64,000 nucleotides of DNA, taken from the NCBI GenBank assembly GCA_015680685.1, contig MNCI01000651.1:1054001-1118000 (forward strand), in the 5' to 3' direction. This DNA comes from Gnetum montanum. Its lineage: Eukaryota > Plantae > Gnetophyta. The notes beneath the pieces are model-generated. The model saw nothing but the letters and a program-made list of their open reading frames with translations. It was not told the DNA's origin and ran no database searches. Made by a program: the position numbers and the translations under genes. Positions 26,044-40,617 of this stretch are shown here, piece by piece. The number at the start of each line of letters is the position of its first letter. Position 1 is the first letter of the stretch.

Positions 26044-26053
26044 CTATAAAAAG
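26044..26053 (+). promoter_or_regulatory. Candidate LTR TATA box
   Basis: CTATAAAAAG ~870 bp before the right end of the 9794-26916 unit. Confidence 0.5.
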
Positions 26054-26916
26054 CCTAGGGTAGATTTGTTTTAGAGATTCCTAGAAGAGGGAAGCTGGGA
26101 AAAACTAAGTCTTGTATAATGATCCTTTAAAGTTCAATTTGAGTCAAATCATTAGCTCATATTCAATGAGTCATTTTTATTTTATCTACTTTATCAATAT
26201 TTCTTATCTAGTAGTTAGATCATGTGTACTTAACCATTCTTTTCTTGGAATTGATAAATTCCTTGTTTGAGTCTAGGGTTTAGCAATTTTTAATATTGTT
26301 AATTAACTTAAACAACTTTATTTTTCAAAGTATTTACTCATGTTAACAATAGCTCATCTTAGTGCTTAATATTTTATGTAATTTTACTATCATAATTTTG
26401 AAATCCATTGAATCTTGCTCTATTTAATAGTATGCCTTGTAGAATTTTCCTTTAGGAATGGTTGGTAATAGATTTGTCAAATTGCACTTAAGTATTAGGT
26501 GAAATAAGAACTAGTATAAGTAGCACATGATCAAGATTATATAGATTACGTAGCTCTAATATAGCTTGGAATTTCTCACCTACTAAATAAAGTAAAAAGA
26601 GGTTGAATCGTTTCACTAAATGTACAACTAGTTGTTATAACCATCTAAATGTAATATTGTGACTTTTAGAGCTTATGTTAACCCAAAACACACAATTTCT
26701 TTATAACCACTAACTTCATTTGAAGGTATCTAGGCCTTGGTGTTTCTAGAGACCAGAAAATACCTAAACTTAAGTTTTGAAAGAACCCTTATCCTTGTGA
26801 TTTTCATCATGAGGAGAAGATCAACATTGGTGCTAAATAGATGTTTTAGCCATGATTGATTTCTTGTTGCCAAGAAAATGATAAAGAAAAAGTAGTAGTC
26901 CAAAGTAGCACTAATA

Positions 26917-28870
26917 CTCATCTTCCTAGAGATAGAAAAGTGCTTTAAAGAGAATTAAAAATGTAGGAAGACACTCTTATTTTCATGTCTCATCCAAAAA
27001 TTATGAAAAAAAGAAGAAATTAACCATTACATTAATAATGTTCTTTTAAAAGCGCTAAAAGCATCATGGCAAAAAATGATGAAAGTGAAGCCATCACTAA
27101 GACTTTAAGTGGAGGTTCCACCTTCACCATTTAACACAAGACTAGCTGAGAAGATATCATGTGCAAGAATAAGGACTAGAGAATAGACAATATCACATTA
27201 AGTACCTATTGAAGGTTTTGGAGATTACCATCTTGCTATAATTCATCTCAATAAAGTTGCATGAACAGTTAACTTGTAGCAAGATGATATATCATGCCAC
27301 CGTCCAAGTGAACCCTACCATAGGAGAAGTTGCAATGTCCCTACTTGTTGAACAAATGGCATAAATTTCAAGTAATGCTACAACTTTCTTCATGATGTTC
27401 AAGGAGGAGGATGGAGCTATAGTATTAATCATGCAATACAAATGGTAGGAGATAGCTATGAAGATGGTCATCAATCAAATTAAAGAAGCTTTTAAAGTTC
27501 TTACAGTACCACCTTTAAACTTCAATATCATGGAAGACATCTAGATGTTTGCAAGAACTGGATCAAAGGAGATGTATTCACCCAGCACAAAGAGATGTTA
27601 GAGAGACTAGTGGGATCTAAGAAATCAATTCAAGATGTTCTCAACATTTCCAAAGATATCATAGCTACTCAATCTACACTCATTGAAATAAGGGACAAGC
27701 TTATAATTAAAAAATATAACTTCAAAAGGCAAAATCAATCAATCAATGATTAATGAAGAAATTTGTAAAGCTCTAAGCCCAATTATTAGATCTAACTATC
27801 CACTAACCAAGCCTTAGCAGAGATGAGTAATTGGAATAACTAAAGACCAAACAATAGAAGGTAAATATGGAAAAGAATAATGTCATCTTAGATATGTCCT
27901 TAACAAAAGCAATGTTCAATAAAATAAACAAGAACTTTGCCATAGTGTACAAGAAAAACTAGAAGTAGCTAAGGAAAATAAAAGGTTACTAAAGGTAAAA
28001 AAAAAAGGAACAAATGGAAAAATACCTTAAGCACATCTAAGAGTAATTAGTTAAGCTTAACATAAACATGTGTAGGTTGGTAATACAATATAGAAATCTC
28101 TCCATGGAGAAAGTTAGGCCATCCAGTAAAAGTTAGCCATCGAGATTACTTCCTACAAAAATAAAGCTCTAAAATATAAAAAGATCAAAAATCATTACAT
28201 AAAATAGGTGGACATGCAAAAAGAGATTTCATTAGCTAAGACAAAGGTCCATCAAGCTCTCAAGCAACTCCAAGAGAATACTGAACAATCCATCTTTGAT
28301 GAACTCAATGTTTAAAATTAAGTAGAGATCAAAATGAAGTTGAAAATTAGGAAAATGGTGAAATACAAGGATCTTACTAACTTATTTTATGCCAATCTAA
28401 CAATGTTAATTACTAGTCAAACCCATTCAAAGTTGGAAAAACAAGTGGTCAACTTATACATATTGTATGAGAATAAACAAAAGCTTCATTGGAAGATGCA
28501 CCAAAAGTTACAAATCACCAACAAAGTTTGAAGCCCTTAAGGCCAAATACATAAATTAGAGAGATATTGCAGAGTGCTTCACTAAAAAGATGTTTGACTA
28601 TATGGAGCTAAAAGAAATAATGAAGTTGGTCAACACTAAATGTAAATATTTTACTACCTAGTTTGTCAAAGTTCATGAAATGTTTCCCACTCTATCAAGT
28701 ATTTATAAAGTACATAAAATACAAAATCTAGGGAAACTAGTGTGGACCATCTATAATCTCAAGATAAAGGAGGAGAAGATAAATGTAATAATTAATACAT
28801 TCAAGCTTAAAGCAATAAAAACAAGGCAACTACGACCCCAACTAAGCCATCAATAGCCATCACAAGAATT
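26917..28870 (+). pseudogene. Accessory ORF of element E, segment 3 (coiled-coil-like C-terminal part)
   Basis: LIFLEIEKCFKEN.. and VQVNPTIGEVAMS..FFMMFKEEDGA align with 42890-44055; the end is approximate. Confidence 0.8.
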
Positions 28871-29146
28871 ACTACCACCAAGCATAACATATAACATATG
28901 CCTTAGTACTTTTTAAAAATATCTACACAAAATTTTTGAAAGAATAATGTATCCAAATTTTGTCATTTTTCAAGTTGTAAAGCACTCAAATAACTTTTGT
29001 AATATGACACTTAAGTCAATCAATCAACTAATTAGTATAGTTACTCCCACATTTTGGAAATAATATTTATCTCAATTATTGTTAACTCAAGGAAGAGGTT
29101 TTAGTTAGTCATGAAGGTATGATAAATAGTCTTCAATTAATTCCAT

Positions 29147-30031
29147 TAATATAGTAACATTGATGCATCAACATTAATGTAGGGTCAACTACATTAATGC
29201 ATCAAGTAATAAATGCACATACCAACCACATTTATAGCACCATTTTGATCACATTCATAGCGAAGCTCTTGCAGTTTATTTTTGTAGAAGTTAAAATTTG
29301 TTACTAAATACTCATAGCATAAATTAAAATTGACTGACTAAAATCTTAGTCAAGTGTTTGTGTATCTAGATACTATAGTTGATCCCATTTCGTTGGAACA
29401 AGAGTAGGACGATGATGATAATGATGTACATGGACATATTTTCAAGAATGAAAATAAGATCACGATCAATTTACCTTTATTTTGGCACTTGTCTTAGTTT
29501 AATGCTTTATTTAATTACACTTTAATTTCATTATTCTTTTTCTTTACATGTACCTAGGTAATTATTTATGTTTTATCACATGATAGTTATGGTAACATAG
29601 GTACTACTAGCTTTGAGCGTGACACGTATTGTATAGTAATCCTAGTAATGATCTTACTTGGTTCATCTAGCAGTAATCACTTGATAATCTAGTGGTGACT
29701 ACAAGAGTTCAAGATTTGTACAGCAAACTAGGAATGCATACTTATCACCTAGGATAGCTTAGCAATAATTTCTACATTAGCTTACCTTAGACTTAATTTT
29801 TGTATTTTAATAATATTTAAATATGGCCTTAGTAACATCAAAATCATATGCCTTAATTGTAGTTAATCATATGCATTAATGCCCACATGAGTACAATTGA
29901 AAAAACAATGACCTACGAGTGAATGCTTAGCTATCTAGTCACCAACTAGTCTAGTTCATAGATTACAATCAGGCACTTGTGTATGCTCATGGTTTCTATC
30001 ATTGGGTATTGGGACTACTTATCACTCATCA
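29147..30031 (+). repeat. 3' LTR of element E
   Basis: Aligns with 31687-32530; ends CACTCATCA with no PBS following; the start is approximate. Confidence 0.75.
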
Positions 30032-30039
30032 AAAAGTGT

Positions 30040-30720
30040 TTCTAACATCCAATCAAACAAATCATACAAGTATTGCATGCAACCTAATTGTAATCTGTGG
30101 ATGGAACAATATATCCTTTACAAAGTTAATGCTATGATTATTTATTGTTATCTTTCCCCTAAAATTAGTAATGATCAAAGTGTATGATAGAGTGAGGTAT
30201 ATGATGTGATGATATTGATGTGATTTAGTAATACTAAAGTAAAACATCGTAAATCGAATATTAAATCTATTAACTAAGAAACAATGCAAATAAATGTTGA
30301 ACTAGTCTAATGGTAATAAACATCTTATCTTGGGTTGTCATACACATCTTGGGTTGGTATAACTATCACTAAAGTTATCAAGCAACTTGCTATTGAGTGA
30401 ACCAAGTGATGTTAATACTAGATTACCAAATGATTACATGTTATGCTCAAAATTAGTGGAATAACATTAGAAAAATAAATGACAATTAAAAGTAACAATC
30501 TATGCTAAGTGATATGTTGTAATAATTAGAAATGATCTCAATCTTTATTTAAAGCCATGAAATGTATCTAGGTACATGTCATTGGAATAAATATGTCATA
30601 TAATCACTTTGGACCATACTGTGGGCACTCAAAAACTAACACTAAATTCACATAATGAAACTAAAATAGTCTAGTTATTATGTAAACCAAAAGATGCATA
30701 AAGTATGATGGTTAGCTAGT
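30040..30720 (+). pseudogene. Highly decayed copia RT-end/RNase H remnant
   Basis: Weak ordered motif remnants: IVNRILNLL (AVKRILRYL), KQLAI.., CYAQN*W (CAQLLW), KIV*LLCKP (QLADIFTKP). Confidence 0.4.
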
Positions 30721-31686
30721 ATTTATAGGCATTACTAAGCTCAAATATATTACATCTATGATACCATATGAAAGCATATGATATTGGAGGTGTGATGTCA
30801 CACTTATCTTACTAATTGTTCATCAACAACAATGATAGTATTTGACCTTAAGATGCACTACAAATAAATTTTAATTTGGAACTCAACATGTTGATGCTTT
30901 TTTATATTAGACATCTTGCTAGGAAGTTGTTGTGCATTTTGTCACTTATAACAAAAACATGCAATATTGTTAGCCAAGTAAGATAGAAAAAAACTCATAC
31001 ATTTGGTTGGATCTCGATATTATATTTGGAGCTGATCAAAATGTTCTTTTTCTTTTTGACAATTTAACATCTCTACCAAACATACTCCACTTTAAGCAAA
31101 TATATTTTGAGAGACTACTTAAAAGTCTCTAGCTTCTTGTGATAGAGTCACTTGTAGATATCTTTTTGTGTTAGAGTCACTCATGATAGTTTCTATACAC
31201 TATAAAGGAGAAGAAATGTAGTTAGATATGAATATTTGGATGCATCCTTGTATCATTAGGTAAATTCAATAGCTCAACCAACATACTATGTTATTAGGAT
31301 CTTATTTTTAGATCATTTAAATTTATAAAGTCGTTTATTTTTAGCTACTATATTTCTTCTTTTAAGCAATAAGAAAATAACAAACAAATACAAACAACAC
31401 TCATACTTTGTTTATTTATTGCATCATAATCTATGTTAAATGAATTAATCCAACTCAAGGGTTATCCCTTTCAATCACTATTCCCTTGCTTTGGGTGATT
31501 TAATATCTAAGAAAAATACCATTTTTGTTCTATCATTTGTAGACAACTATCAAAGAAGACTTATGAATTGAAAGGGATATCAATCTAATTGTAATGGGAA
31601 TGAAAATTTAATATTTTACATAAGTAATAAAATGGATAATTTTCAATAAAATACAAGGCATGCTATGCAATTAATGATTCATAGTT

Positions 31687-32530
31687 TGATTGATTACATT
31701 GACACATTAACATTGATGTAGGGATAGCTATGTTGAGGCATCAGCATTAACATAGAAATAATAAATGCCTATATAAATGTGCGCACCAACTACATTTCTG
31801 ATACTATTTGAATCATATTGTAGCAAGGCTCTTATAGTTTATGTTTATGAAAGTTAAAAGTTTTCATTGAATGCTCATAGCATGAACTAAGTAAATTGTC
31901 TAAAATCTTATTCAAATGATTTTGTACTTGAATGCATTTTCATGATAGTAATAAGATCAAGGTTTATTTACCTTCATTGTAGTACTTGGCATAGTTTAAT
32001 GATTTTCTTAATTAAAATTTAATTTCTTAATGCACTTACCATATATTCACCTTTTGATGCATATTTATGATTGATAAAATAAGCATACCCAGTTTCAAGT
32101 GTAAACATGTATTCACTTAGTAATTGCATTAGTGCTATCACTTTGTTCACCCAGCAGCATAATGCTTGGTAATCCCAATAGTCAATGTATGAGTTCAAGA
32201 CATATACAACAAGCTAGAAATGAACACTAATCACCTTGCACTAGTTTGAGATTTACTTTATCACACATTAAATTTGTTATATTAAATTGTTATACTCTAA
32301 TACTTTAATATTATTTCAATATGTCCACCATACATTAACATCATATGTCTCAATCACACTTAATTATATGTACTAGGCCACATAAGAGTGATTAGGAATA
32401 TAATGATCAACGATCAATTGTCTAGCTATCTAGATACCCAAACTAGTCTAGTGTAGGTAATTTGATGAGGTTGCGCATGAATGCTTATGATCTACATGGT
32501 TGGGCATAGGGTCTATTCTACCTCTTATCA
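31687..32530 (+). repeat. 5' LTR of element C
   Basis: TATA CTATATAAATG at ~31769; ends CTCTTATCA, followed by decayed PBS TTGTATCATTGTTGAGGA (32532-32549); the start is approximate. Confidence 0.75.
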
Positions 32531-32664
32531 TTTGTATCATTGTTGAGGACTACTACTAGACATTTAGATAGCTAGAATCATACAAGGATCACTGTTAGAG
32601 CTTAATGATTTATCTCATAGAGATAATATTATTTTATTTAAGCACACTAAAGTAATTAGAAGTG

Positions 32665-35600
32665 TTTTCTTCCCATAAGGTTGATTTCGCACCTACTGAT
32701 AACTTTACAAGAGGATGCAACAAGATAGTAAAGAATAGGGATGATGTGCCCCAGTAACTTAAAGTTATCTACCAACATCCAAATCTCTATTATCTAAATT
32801 TTACTTTTATTTTCATATAGGATAATCATTTATGATGGAGGAACCTAGAAGGTAATGTTGTGTTACCACCTTACCACTTAGTTTCATTAATGCTCATTGC
32901 AACATTGATGAAAGTGGAATTGGAAGTAATAATTAGTAACCACAAGATGGTTGACAAGATGTCCAAGCCCAATCAACCCACTAAAGCCCAAATGTGAAAG
33001 GATCATTTCATGCAGGCATGCCATGAAGCCACCATTCCATTAACATCACAATCCAGGAAGAAGACTATTAATTATCAATTTGGTAGATCGCATCACTAAA
33101 ATCCTCTAACCCTTGATGCAGATGATGTGAAAAATCCATGGTTAAATTTAGTCATGGCTAATAATCAAGGAAAAGAAAGAATAAGATCCAACATAAGGGA
33201 GACTTGCAAGTCTAGGTCTTCCAATAGGCTAAGTATAGATGACCAAAGGGGTTATAAAAGGAGAGCAAGCTAGCACAACCCTCCTAGTTCTCCATCATCT
33301 TCATCTTCATCATCATTAAGCTCTAACAAGGATCAATGTAAATAAGAAAGAAGATGTAATTGCAAACAACCTAGTAGAGATGATCAAGTATACCATCATG
33401 GAGATAGAGGAAAAGATAGTATACAGGATTAAGAAGTAAGGCATAGCGTTGAAAGAAGACATAGTAGGCACCCTAGAATGAAGCATGCTTATAATAGAGA
33501 CAATCAAGACAAAGATGATTATAATGAATCCTTGCTTGCTACTTGTAGTATAATTAATGTTAAGGAGACAGTCTACATTCCTACCAAGCATTAAAGAGAT
33601 AGCTAAATCAAATGGCTAGATAGGAACAATATTTCTAAGTTTGAGAGAGATTACAATGTAGATCCACAACATCATTTGCAAGTCTTCCATGATGTTTTTA
33701 TCTTGCAAAACATTGAGAACAAATGGCAAAAGTTAAAACTATTCCATAGAATACTTATCAATGATGCTAAAATTTGGTATCAATCTTGGAATAAGAATCT
33801 ATTAGGCAATGCAATATGATGTTGGACCTATTCAATGATAAATATCAAGCATACTCTAGAGTGTCCAACTAGAGAAAGTAGATTCAAGAATAGAGACAAG
33901 GATAATCACAAATCCCTTAATGTAGCCTTGGATAGATACTATTATCTTCTACATAGATGCTCAAGCCATGGAATTTCTCAAAAAAAGTAATTAAGGCACA
34001 TCATAGATTGGCTAAGAAATAAAACTAGAGAGACTCTTGGGATCTATGCCCAATGAAGACTTTTAAAAATGAGGGTTCATCAATTCCATCAACTAATTGA
34101 CTAGGTAGCAAAATAGGAAGGAGAACATAAAAAATGAGAAAGTGTTAAATAGTACAATAAAGATCCTTCTCTCCATAAAAAGGAGATTTATCTTTGTAAA
34201 TTGGAAAATGAGGCACCATTAGGAGAGCTGATATAAGGAAAAAAACTTGCCAAGCTAGAAATTAGTTATTAAAATTTTTGACAAGGTTGACAAGATGTGG
34301 AACTTGATTGATGACAAGTTTTAAATAACATTGAAAATCATGAAGGAAAAAGTGGATCAACTTAGAGCCAAAGATAAGAACAGAAGAAAGAAAAAGGACA
34401 TAAGAAAGAACTACTACCAACAAAAGAGAAATGCATTTGTAGTTGAAAAGTTTGCAAACTCAAATTTAAATGATCATGGTTATGACATCTACTAATATGA
34501 ACATCCTAAGGGTTATTTTCTTACCATGTCACATCTTCAAGAGCGTATTTCTTATGTCTTAAATATGAAATTTTTCAAAAAGCAACTGCCAAGGAGGTTA
34601 CCTTATCCTCAAGGAAACTACAAGAAGCCCTATAATCAATAACAATACTATCCAAATAGAACTCTACATCAACTTGAAGAGCATTATCAATAGTGGTAAA
34701 ATCCATAATCATGATGAATGTCAACAACAAGGCAACAATACCCTTATAGGATGCTTGATCTTTATAGTTATTGTGTCCAACAACTTATGTTGCCAAGTGG
34801 CTCTATGATCCATACTCATGCTCATTATTCTATAGTACCAAAAACTTGTCACTCCATGGATCAAATCTTCCTTATATGCTTCTCATCCTCACCTACACTT
34901 TAATCCATAAGGTCATAACCCTTTATCACCTACTCAACTCATGCAAGGTGAAATCTTTCCATAGCATGAATAGCAGAATGCTACTCAAGCTATAAACATA
35001 TAGGTGGATAATGACTCTAGTAATTTCAAGTGCAAGACCTAGAAGTACCTATTTTTTAGACTTGCCAAATCACCTAAACCTTCACAAGCATTTATGATTG
35101 TGGAATTGATACCTACACCATCCCATGTTGCATAATAACCATCTCTAATCCAAAATAACCATCTACAAACTGTAATGTTAACCCATGTTGTGACCAAATG
35201 GATTAAAGTAAGAAACCTTCCAAGGAAAAAAAAATCCTAGAAGTGCCCTCATTTACTTGCAGATCGCAAGGAATGTGCTAGGTAAAGCTCTACTAGACTC
35301 AAGTTACAGGATGAATTTGATATTTTAAAAAGTTTACAAAGCTTGAAATATCCCATCACTTAAAAAGTATAACATGTAATTGGAGCTTGTTGATTAGTCA
35401 ATCACCATTCCCTTAGGATTAGTGAAGTACATTATAATCACCATCAGTGAGTGGTTGTATCCTAATAACTTCCTTATGATCCATATGGATAATTATAAAT
35501 GGAACTTTTCTATCATCATGAAAAGGGCAATTATACACTATTGATACCAAGATAAGAATTAGGAACCTATCCTTAGAAATTTCCAAGGAAAATGAACATG

Positions 35601-38600
35601 TGTAGATGGAAAAGAAAAAATTTCAGGCATCACGTACAATAACAAAAAATATAACTACATGTAGAAAATCTGGGTGATTAGATAAAAATCCATCACAACA
35701 TGTAGATCATGTAAAGAGTTAGTATGTATACAAAATATCCATACATAGTAGTTGCTAAGCATGAAGATACCTAGTGACTAACAACATATGAAACCTAAAA
35801 ATCCACAATATGCATGGAACTAATAGAAGCACTCACTAGCTCATATGTAGAGGAGCTAGACAAGATGAAGGAAATAAAGCTGCAACTCTTCCAAGTAGTG
35901 TAAGTGCAAGTTGAAGAAGATATCGATTGGAAGGAGTTATAAATTTGAGAAGAATCTATGCCAAAACTAATAAAACTAAAGACATTATTAGCATCACTAG
36001 AACATTGTTTCCTTCAAAATGACAAGTTGATAATAATCAATGCAAAGATAATAAAAGTATAAAAAATAAGCTATTGAAAGTTGTAAGTAAATGGTCCATA
36101 GCATTCACATGATCCTATAATGAAATCACTAGAATCGATTCACATATATGCCAACATTGCATATACACTAATCCTAAAATCAAGCCCAAGCATCAACCAT
36201 AGCATGGATTGACACCAAAATTGAGGCAAGTAGTAAAGAAGAAAATTGAAAAGCTTTTAAAAGTTAGGTTTATCTATCCTATTGCAAATAGTAAGTGGGT
36301 AAGTCGACTAGTGATTGTACCAAAGAAAGGGGACCAATGGTAAATTTACATTGATTTCATAATTCTAAATATGACAACATTTAAGGAGCAATTCTAATTG
36401 TTATTTGTGGATAAAGTATTAGACATAATTGCAAGCTAGCAATACTATAGTTTTCTGGATGGTTATAGTAGCTATAAAGCAATCCAGATAGCATTGGAGG
36501 ATCAAGCTAAAACTATATTCATGGGTCCTTGGAAAAATTTTGTATCTAAGAAGATGTCTTTTGGCTTGTGCAATGCACCTACTACTTTCCAATACCTAGT
36601 GCTCGACATCATCCAAAAGCATATAGGGAATGGTATTGAAGTCTGGAAATGACTTCTTCACCTATGGCTATAACTTTTAATAAGAATTGGACCTATTAGA
36701 ATAGGTGTTAAAAAGATATGTAGGGAAAAAATTTAAAATTAAACTAGCAAAAAGCCACCTCATGGTCCAAGAGAGCATCATATTAAAGCATAGAATTTCA
36801 TAAAAAGACACTAATGTTAACCTAGAAAAGATTAATATTATTCAAGAAATCACATAGAGACACCAAATAATAAAAGATGTGAGGTTATTCCTTGATCACA
36901 CAAGTTAATTATCAAAACTTCATTGAAATTTTTTTCAAAATTTCCAAACCATTACCAAGAAGGATGCATCCTTCAACTAGATAGTAGATTGTGAGAAGGC
37001 ATTTGAACTTCTCAAACAAAGGTTTGTAGAAACTCAAATTCTATAATCACCTCACTAGCCCAAGTAATATCACATTATAACATGTGCATTCAATTAGATG
37101 TTAGGGGTATTCTCATGTAAATAGATTATCAAAAATGTTCATAGTACATATATTTCATGAGCAAAAGTATCACTAGTACATAGTTGAATTACACTAGAAC
37201 AACAAAAGAATTGATGATAATGATGTATGCCCTTGATAAGTTTAGGCATTGTGTGCTTGGATATCCTATCTTTTTGCAAATAGATCACAACATAATCTAG
37301 TTCTCGATGAACAAGCCAATTATGAATTCTTAAATCATTTGATCATTAGTGATCTTATAATAGTTCAACATTACAACAATAGATAAGAAGAGGTCTCAAA
37401 CTATCATTACATATCATGTGTTTAGACTAAGATGGGATAATAAGGATAATGAAGAGCCTTTATTGAGCATTGAGAACTTATAAGGTGGGTTAAGTAACTT
37501 CCCCAAATAAAATTGCTTTAGCCACAAAAACACACCAATTTTACATGGTTCCCCACCTAGGGTATGTCAACACTTAAAGGGTAGAATCTATGCACACCTC
37601 TAGACTTTGTTTCTTCAAAATGTTGGTTGAATAAGTTTTCCAAATAAAATTTCTCCAACCACAAAAACATACCAATTTTATGTGGTTTCCCAACTAGGGT
37701 ATGTTGACACTTGGAGGGTAGAATCCATGCACAGCTCTAGACTTTGTTTCTTCAAAATGTGGTTTGAAGGGCACCGTAACCTATACAAGCTTTGAGCTTT
37801 GCTTTGGAGTGTTTCATAATTGCAAAACCACTTAACCTCACAAGGTCTTGATAAGCTCAAAATGTGGTTTAGATGATCCCATAATCTTTACAAAATTAAG
37901 CTCTACATCAAAGTGTTTTGATGCTACAACAGCACTCAATCCTGTAGGATCCCAACAAGCTCAATAAGGATATCTTCTCACAAGAAGCACATTAACACCA
38001 CAAGGCTACAAGAAAGAAGGAGAAGAACAAGAAAAGAGTGTAACCAAATTTACAAATCCATGTACTTGAAGCTCAATATAATCACAATCAAGAAAATGGT
38101 GTTACAGTAAAAAGAAAAAATAAAATTGCTTAGAATTACTAATGATAAAACTTTGTGTGAATAGTTCTTGCATAATTCCCAAGATTTTGACATTGTCTTA
38201 TAGCCTTAGAGTTTCTGAAAACTCTTCAAAATTTGAGCAACAACTACCAAATAACTAGTATAGGCATCTACTTCAAAGTTTAGAGGTCTATCTGAGAGAT
38301 CCCTCAATGCAAGAGAGATGTTTGCCTAAAATTGTAGACATCTACTATGAGACATCTTACCATAGATGTCTATAGTGAAAGATAAATGCTTGTTGTTTCT
38401 ACCAAATGTCTACTTTCCATAAGCAATCTGAGATATGAAGCATTTTTATGACCCTTGGGCTTCTTAGCAGTCTTTAGAGCATCTTCACTTGATTTATAGA
38501 CTTCTTTTTCATTTGTGCTCTCATCTTGTCCATGTAGTCTTCATTTTGACATCTTGACGTAGTTCTCATTTCCTTGAATTCTCATATCTATTTGTGAAGT

Positions 38601-40000
38601 TCTTGTTTATGGCCTTGCAAAAACAATCACACACACATTCTACATTCTCCATTTTCCTTAAAGTTTTGACATACCAAAAGGTCAACATTTATCCAATCAG
38701 TTCTTTAATGAGCCTTATTTGATGAGGCTAATGTATTATCCTTAGCAATGAATACTTTTTGGTTCACTTACTACCTCACATACTTGAAGAAGAAGTAGAA
38801 GGTCCCTTCTAAATGGGATAGGAAAAGGACTTAATAATTCCTAAATTAGGTTTAACATTTCATGGAAATTGAGAAAAACCTCTACAAAATCTATGCTAAT
38901 GAGTTGGTGTGATGGTGTGTTCTTGAGGGACCCAACTTAGAGTTCTCTAAGATGCACATGAAGGACCATGTAGTGAACACTACATGGGCAAAAGAATGAT
39001 AATCAAATTTTCATGACTAGATACTTTTAACTAACTCTCTTTCATGATGTGCATTAATTCACAAAGTCCTGTAAGCATTATCAACAAGATGATGAGGTAT
39101 TAACATAGTTTAAAACATTACAGTGGTGGATACAACCATTGGAGCCTTTTGATTTTCTAGGCATTCATTCAGGGGTTCCATTTACCCTTCTTTAAATTGT
39201 AAGATGTACATCATAGTGGTTGTGGACTACTACACTAACTAGGACATTGTACTACAGCAATAGATGCAAGATTCTTTCAACAATAGGTGGTAAGTAGGTT
39301 TGGTTTGCCACAAACAATTATTTCTAATAATGATACCCATTTTTCAAGCACTACCTTTAAAAAACTAGTGAGATGCTTAGAGGTGGAGTAAACACTTACT
39401 CCAACTTACCATCCCTAAGTCAATGATCAAGTTAAAGTAACTAGTAAGGAGATTACATGAATTCTTGCTAGGACAATTAACAAACATAAAAAAGACTAGA
39501 GCATAAAACTCAACGATATCTTATGGATCTATCACTTCACCTAGAAACTTTCCATAGGCTACTTCCTATATGAATTAGTATACAACAAGTTATCAAAACT
39601 TCAATTCAAATAGAGCTATGTACACTAAATATTACTTGTGAGCTTAACCTTGACATTAGTGTAGCATAGAAAGAATGCCTTATGAACCTTAATGTGCTAC
39701 ATGAAAATTGTAGGATAGCATTCATGCTAAATGAGGTATACAATGCCTACACCAAATAAAATCATGACATTAGGATTAAACATGTAGAATTCCAACCAAG
39801 AAACATGGTTATCTACTAGAATCCCACCCATGTGCCATAATATCCTAACTTCCAAACATTCTAGGAAGGATCTTACGTCATACATTCTACATTCAAATCT
39901 AGCACCATGTAAATATATCATCCTAATGATCCACAAAAGCTTATCTTTGTTAACATCTAATAAGTTAAGCCATTTATAGAATCCTATGGAGCCAATGCCT
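32665..40000 (+). pseudogene. gag-pol: gag-pol pseudogene of element C
   Basis: QNIENKWQKLKLF (gag), LLDS (PR), KWVSRLVIVPKKG and GLCNAPTTFQ (RT), RNase H, ISNNDTHF/YHP (INT); heavily decayed. Confidence 0.9.
37464..38687 (-). mobile_element. Sirevirus-family solo LTR inserted in pol of element C
   Basis: TG...GTCAACA; perfect TSD TTTAT (37459-37463, 38688-38692); homologous to 2755-3958; internal ~137-bp tandem duplication at 37495-37768. Confidence 0.85.
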
Positions 40001-40617
40001 TAACCACTCCTAACCTTGCTACCATACAATCCATCTTTCATATCTCTTCTTCAAAACTCAATCACGAAGGAGATCTTTTGAGTCGAGCTGAGTACATTTT
40101 CATCTTGTTGTTTATGACCTTTTTTACATTTTGTTATAATTTCATAATTTCTTACATATTTTCCTATTATTTGGTATTTTCTAATTCTTCCCATGTTTTT
40201 TATTTCTTATAAATTTTTTGTTTCTTTAAGTAATTTTGCACATTTTTGTTAATAAAAGTTATCACTTATGTGGAGAGGTCAACTTTGTTGTTTGAATTAT
40301 GTCTTTTACTATCAAAATGTGAGATAAAAAATTGTTTCAATGTAGTGAAACCATAGGATCCACCCCACCAATTCCTATAAATAAGATATCCTTATCATGA
40401 AAGCACTGTGGTTCTTATCATATGAAACTAAAATTAACTCATGATCATTATGCCTTGAAGAAAGGGAACAAGACCAAGAGGGATTGAAAAAGGGTGTGAA
40501 AGCAAGAGGATTTGTTGATTCTTTGGAATTCCTCTATGGGTCTCAAGTTCACATGATTATGCCATTACTCATGTTTTAATTTTGGTGAAAGCATCTTCTT
40601 CATTAATTACCATGATA

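Larger units (their letters stand above)
9794..26916 (+). mobile_element. ~6.7-kb (net) insertion, probable giant solo LTR, containing a hairpin array and a long decayed ORF; hosts element A
   Basis: 5-bp TSD CTCAT (9789-9793, 26917-26921); ends TATTA...TAATA (decayed TGTTA...TAACA); removing it restores the host frame QKL-IFLEIEKCF; no internal direct terminal repeats and no gag/pol seen. Confidence 0.75.
1..30031 (+). mobile_element. Old Athila-like Ty3/gypsy relic (element E): partial LTR, PBS, post-pol spacer, accessory ORF, 3' LTR; gag-pol absent; interrupted by two large nested insertions
   Basis: LTR end at 294 and LTR 29147-30031 are homologous. Spacer 560-2520 aligns with 40250-42130. 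The accessory ORF reads through once the inserts at 2755-9264 and 9794-26916 and their TSDs are removed. That the two LTRs belong to the same insertion is uncertain (roughly 70-75% identity by eye). Confidence 0.7.
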
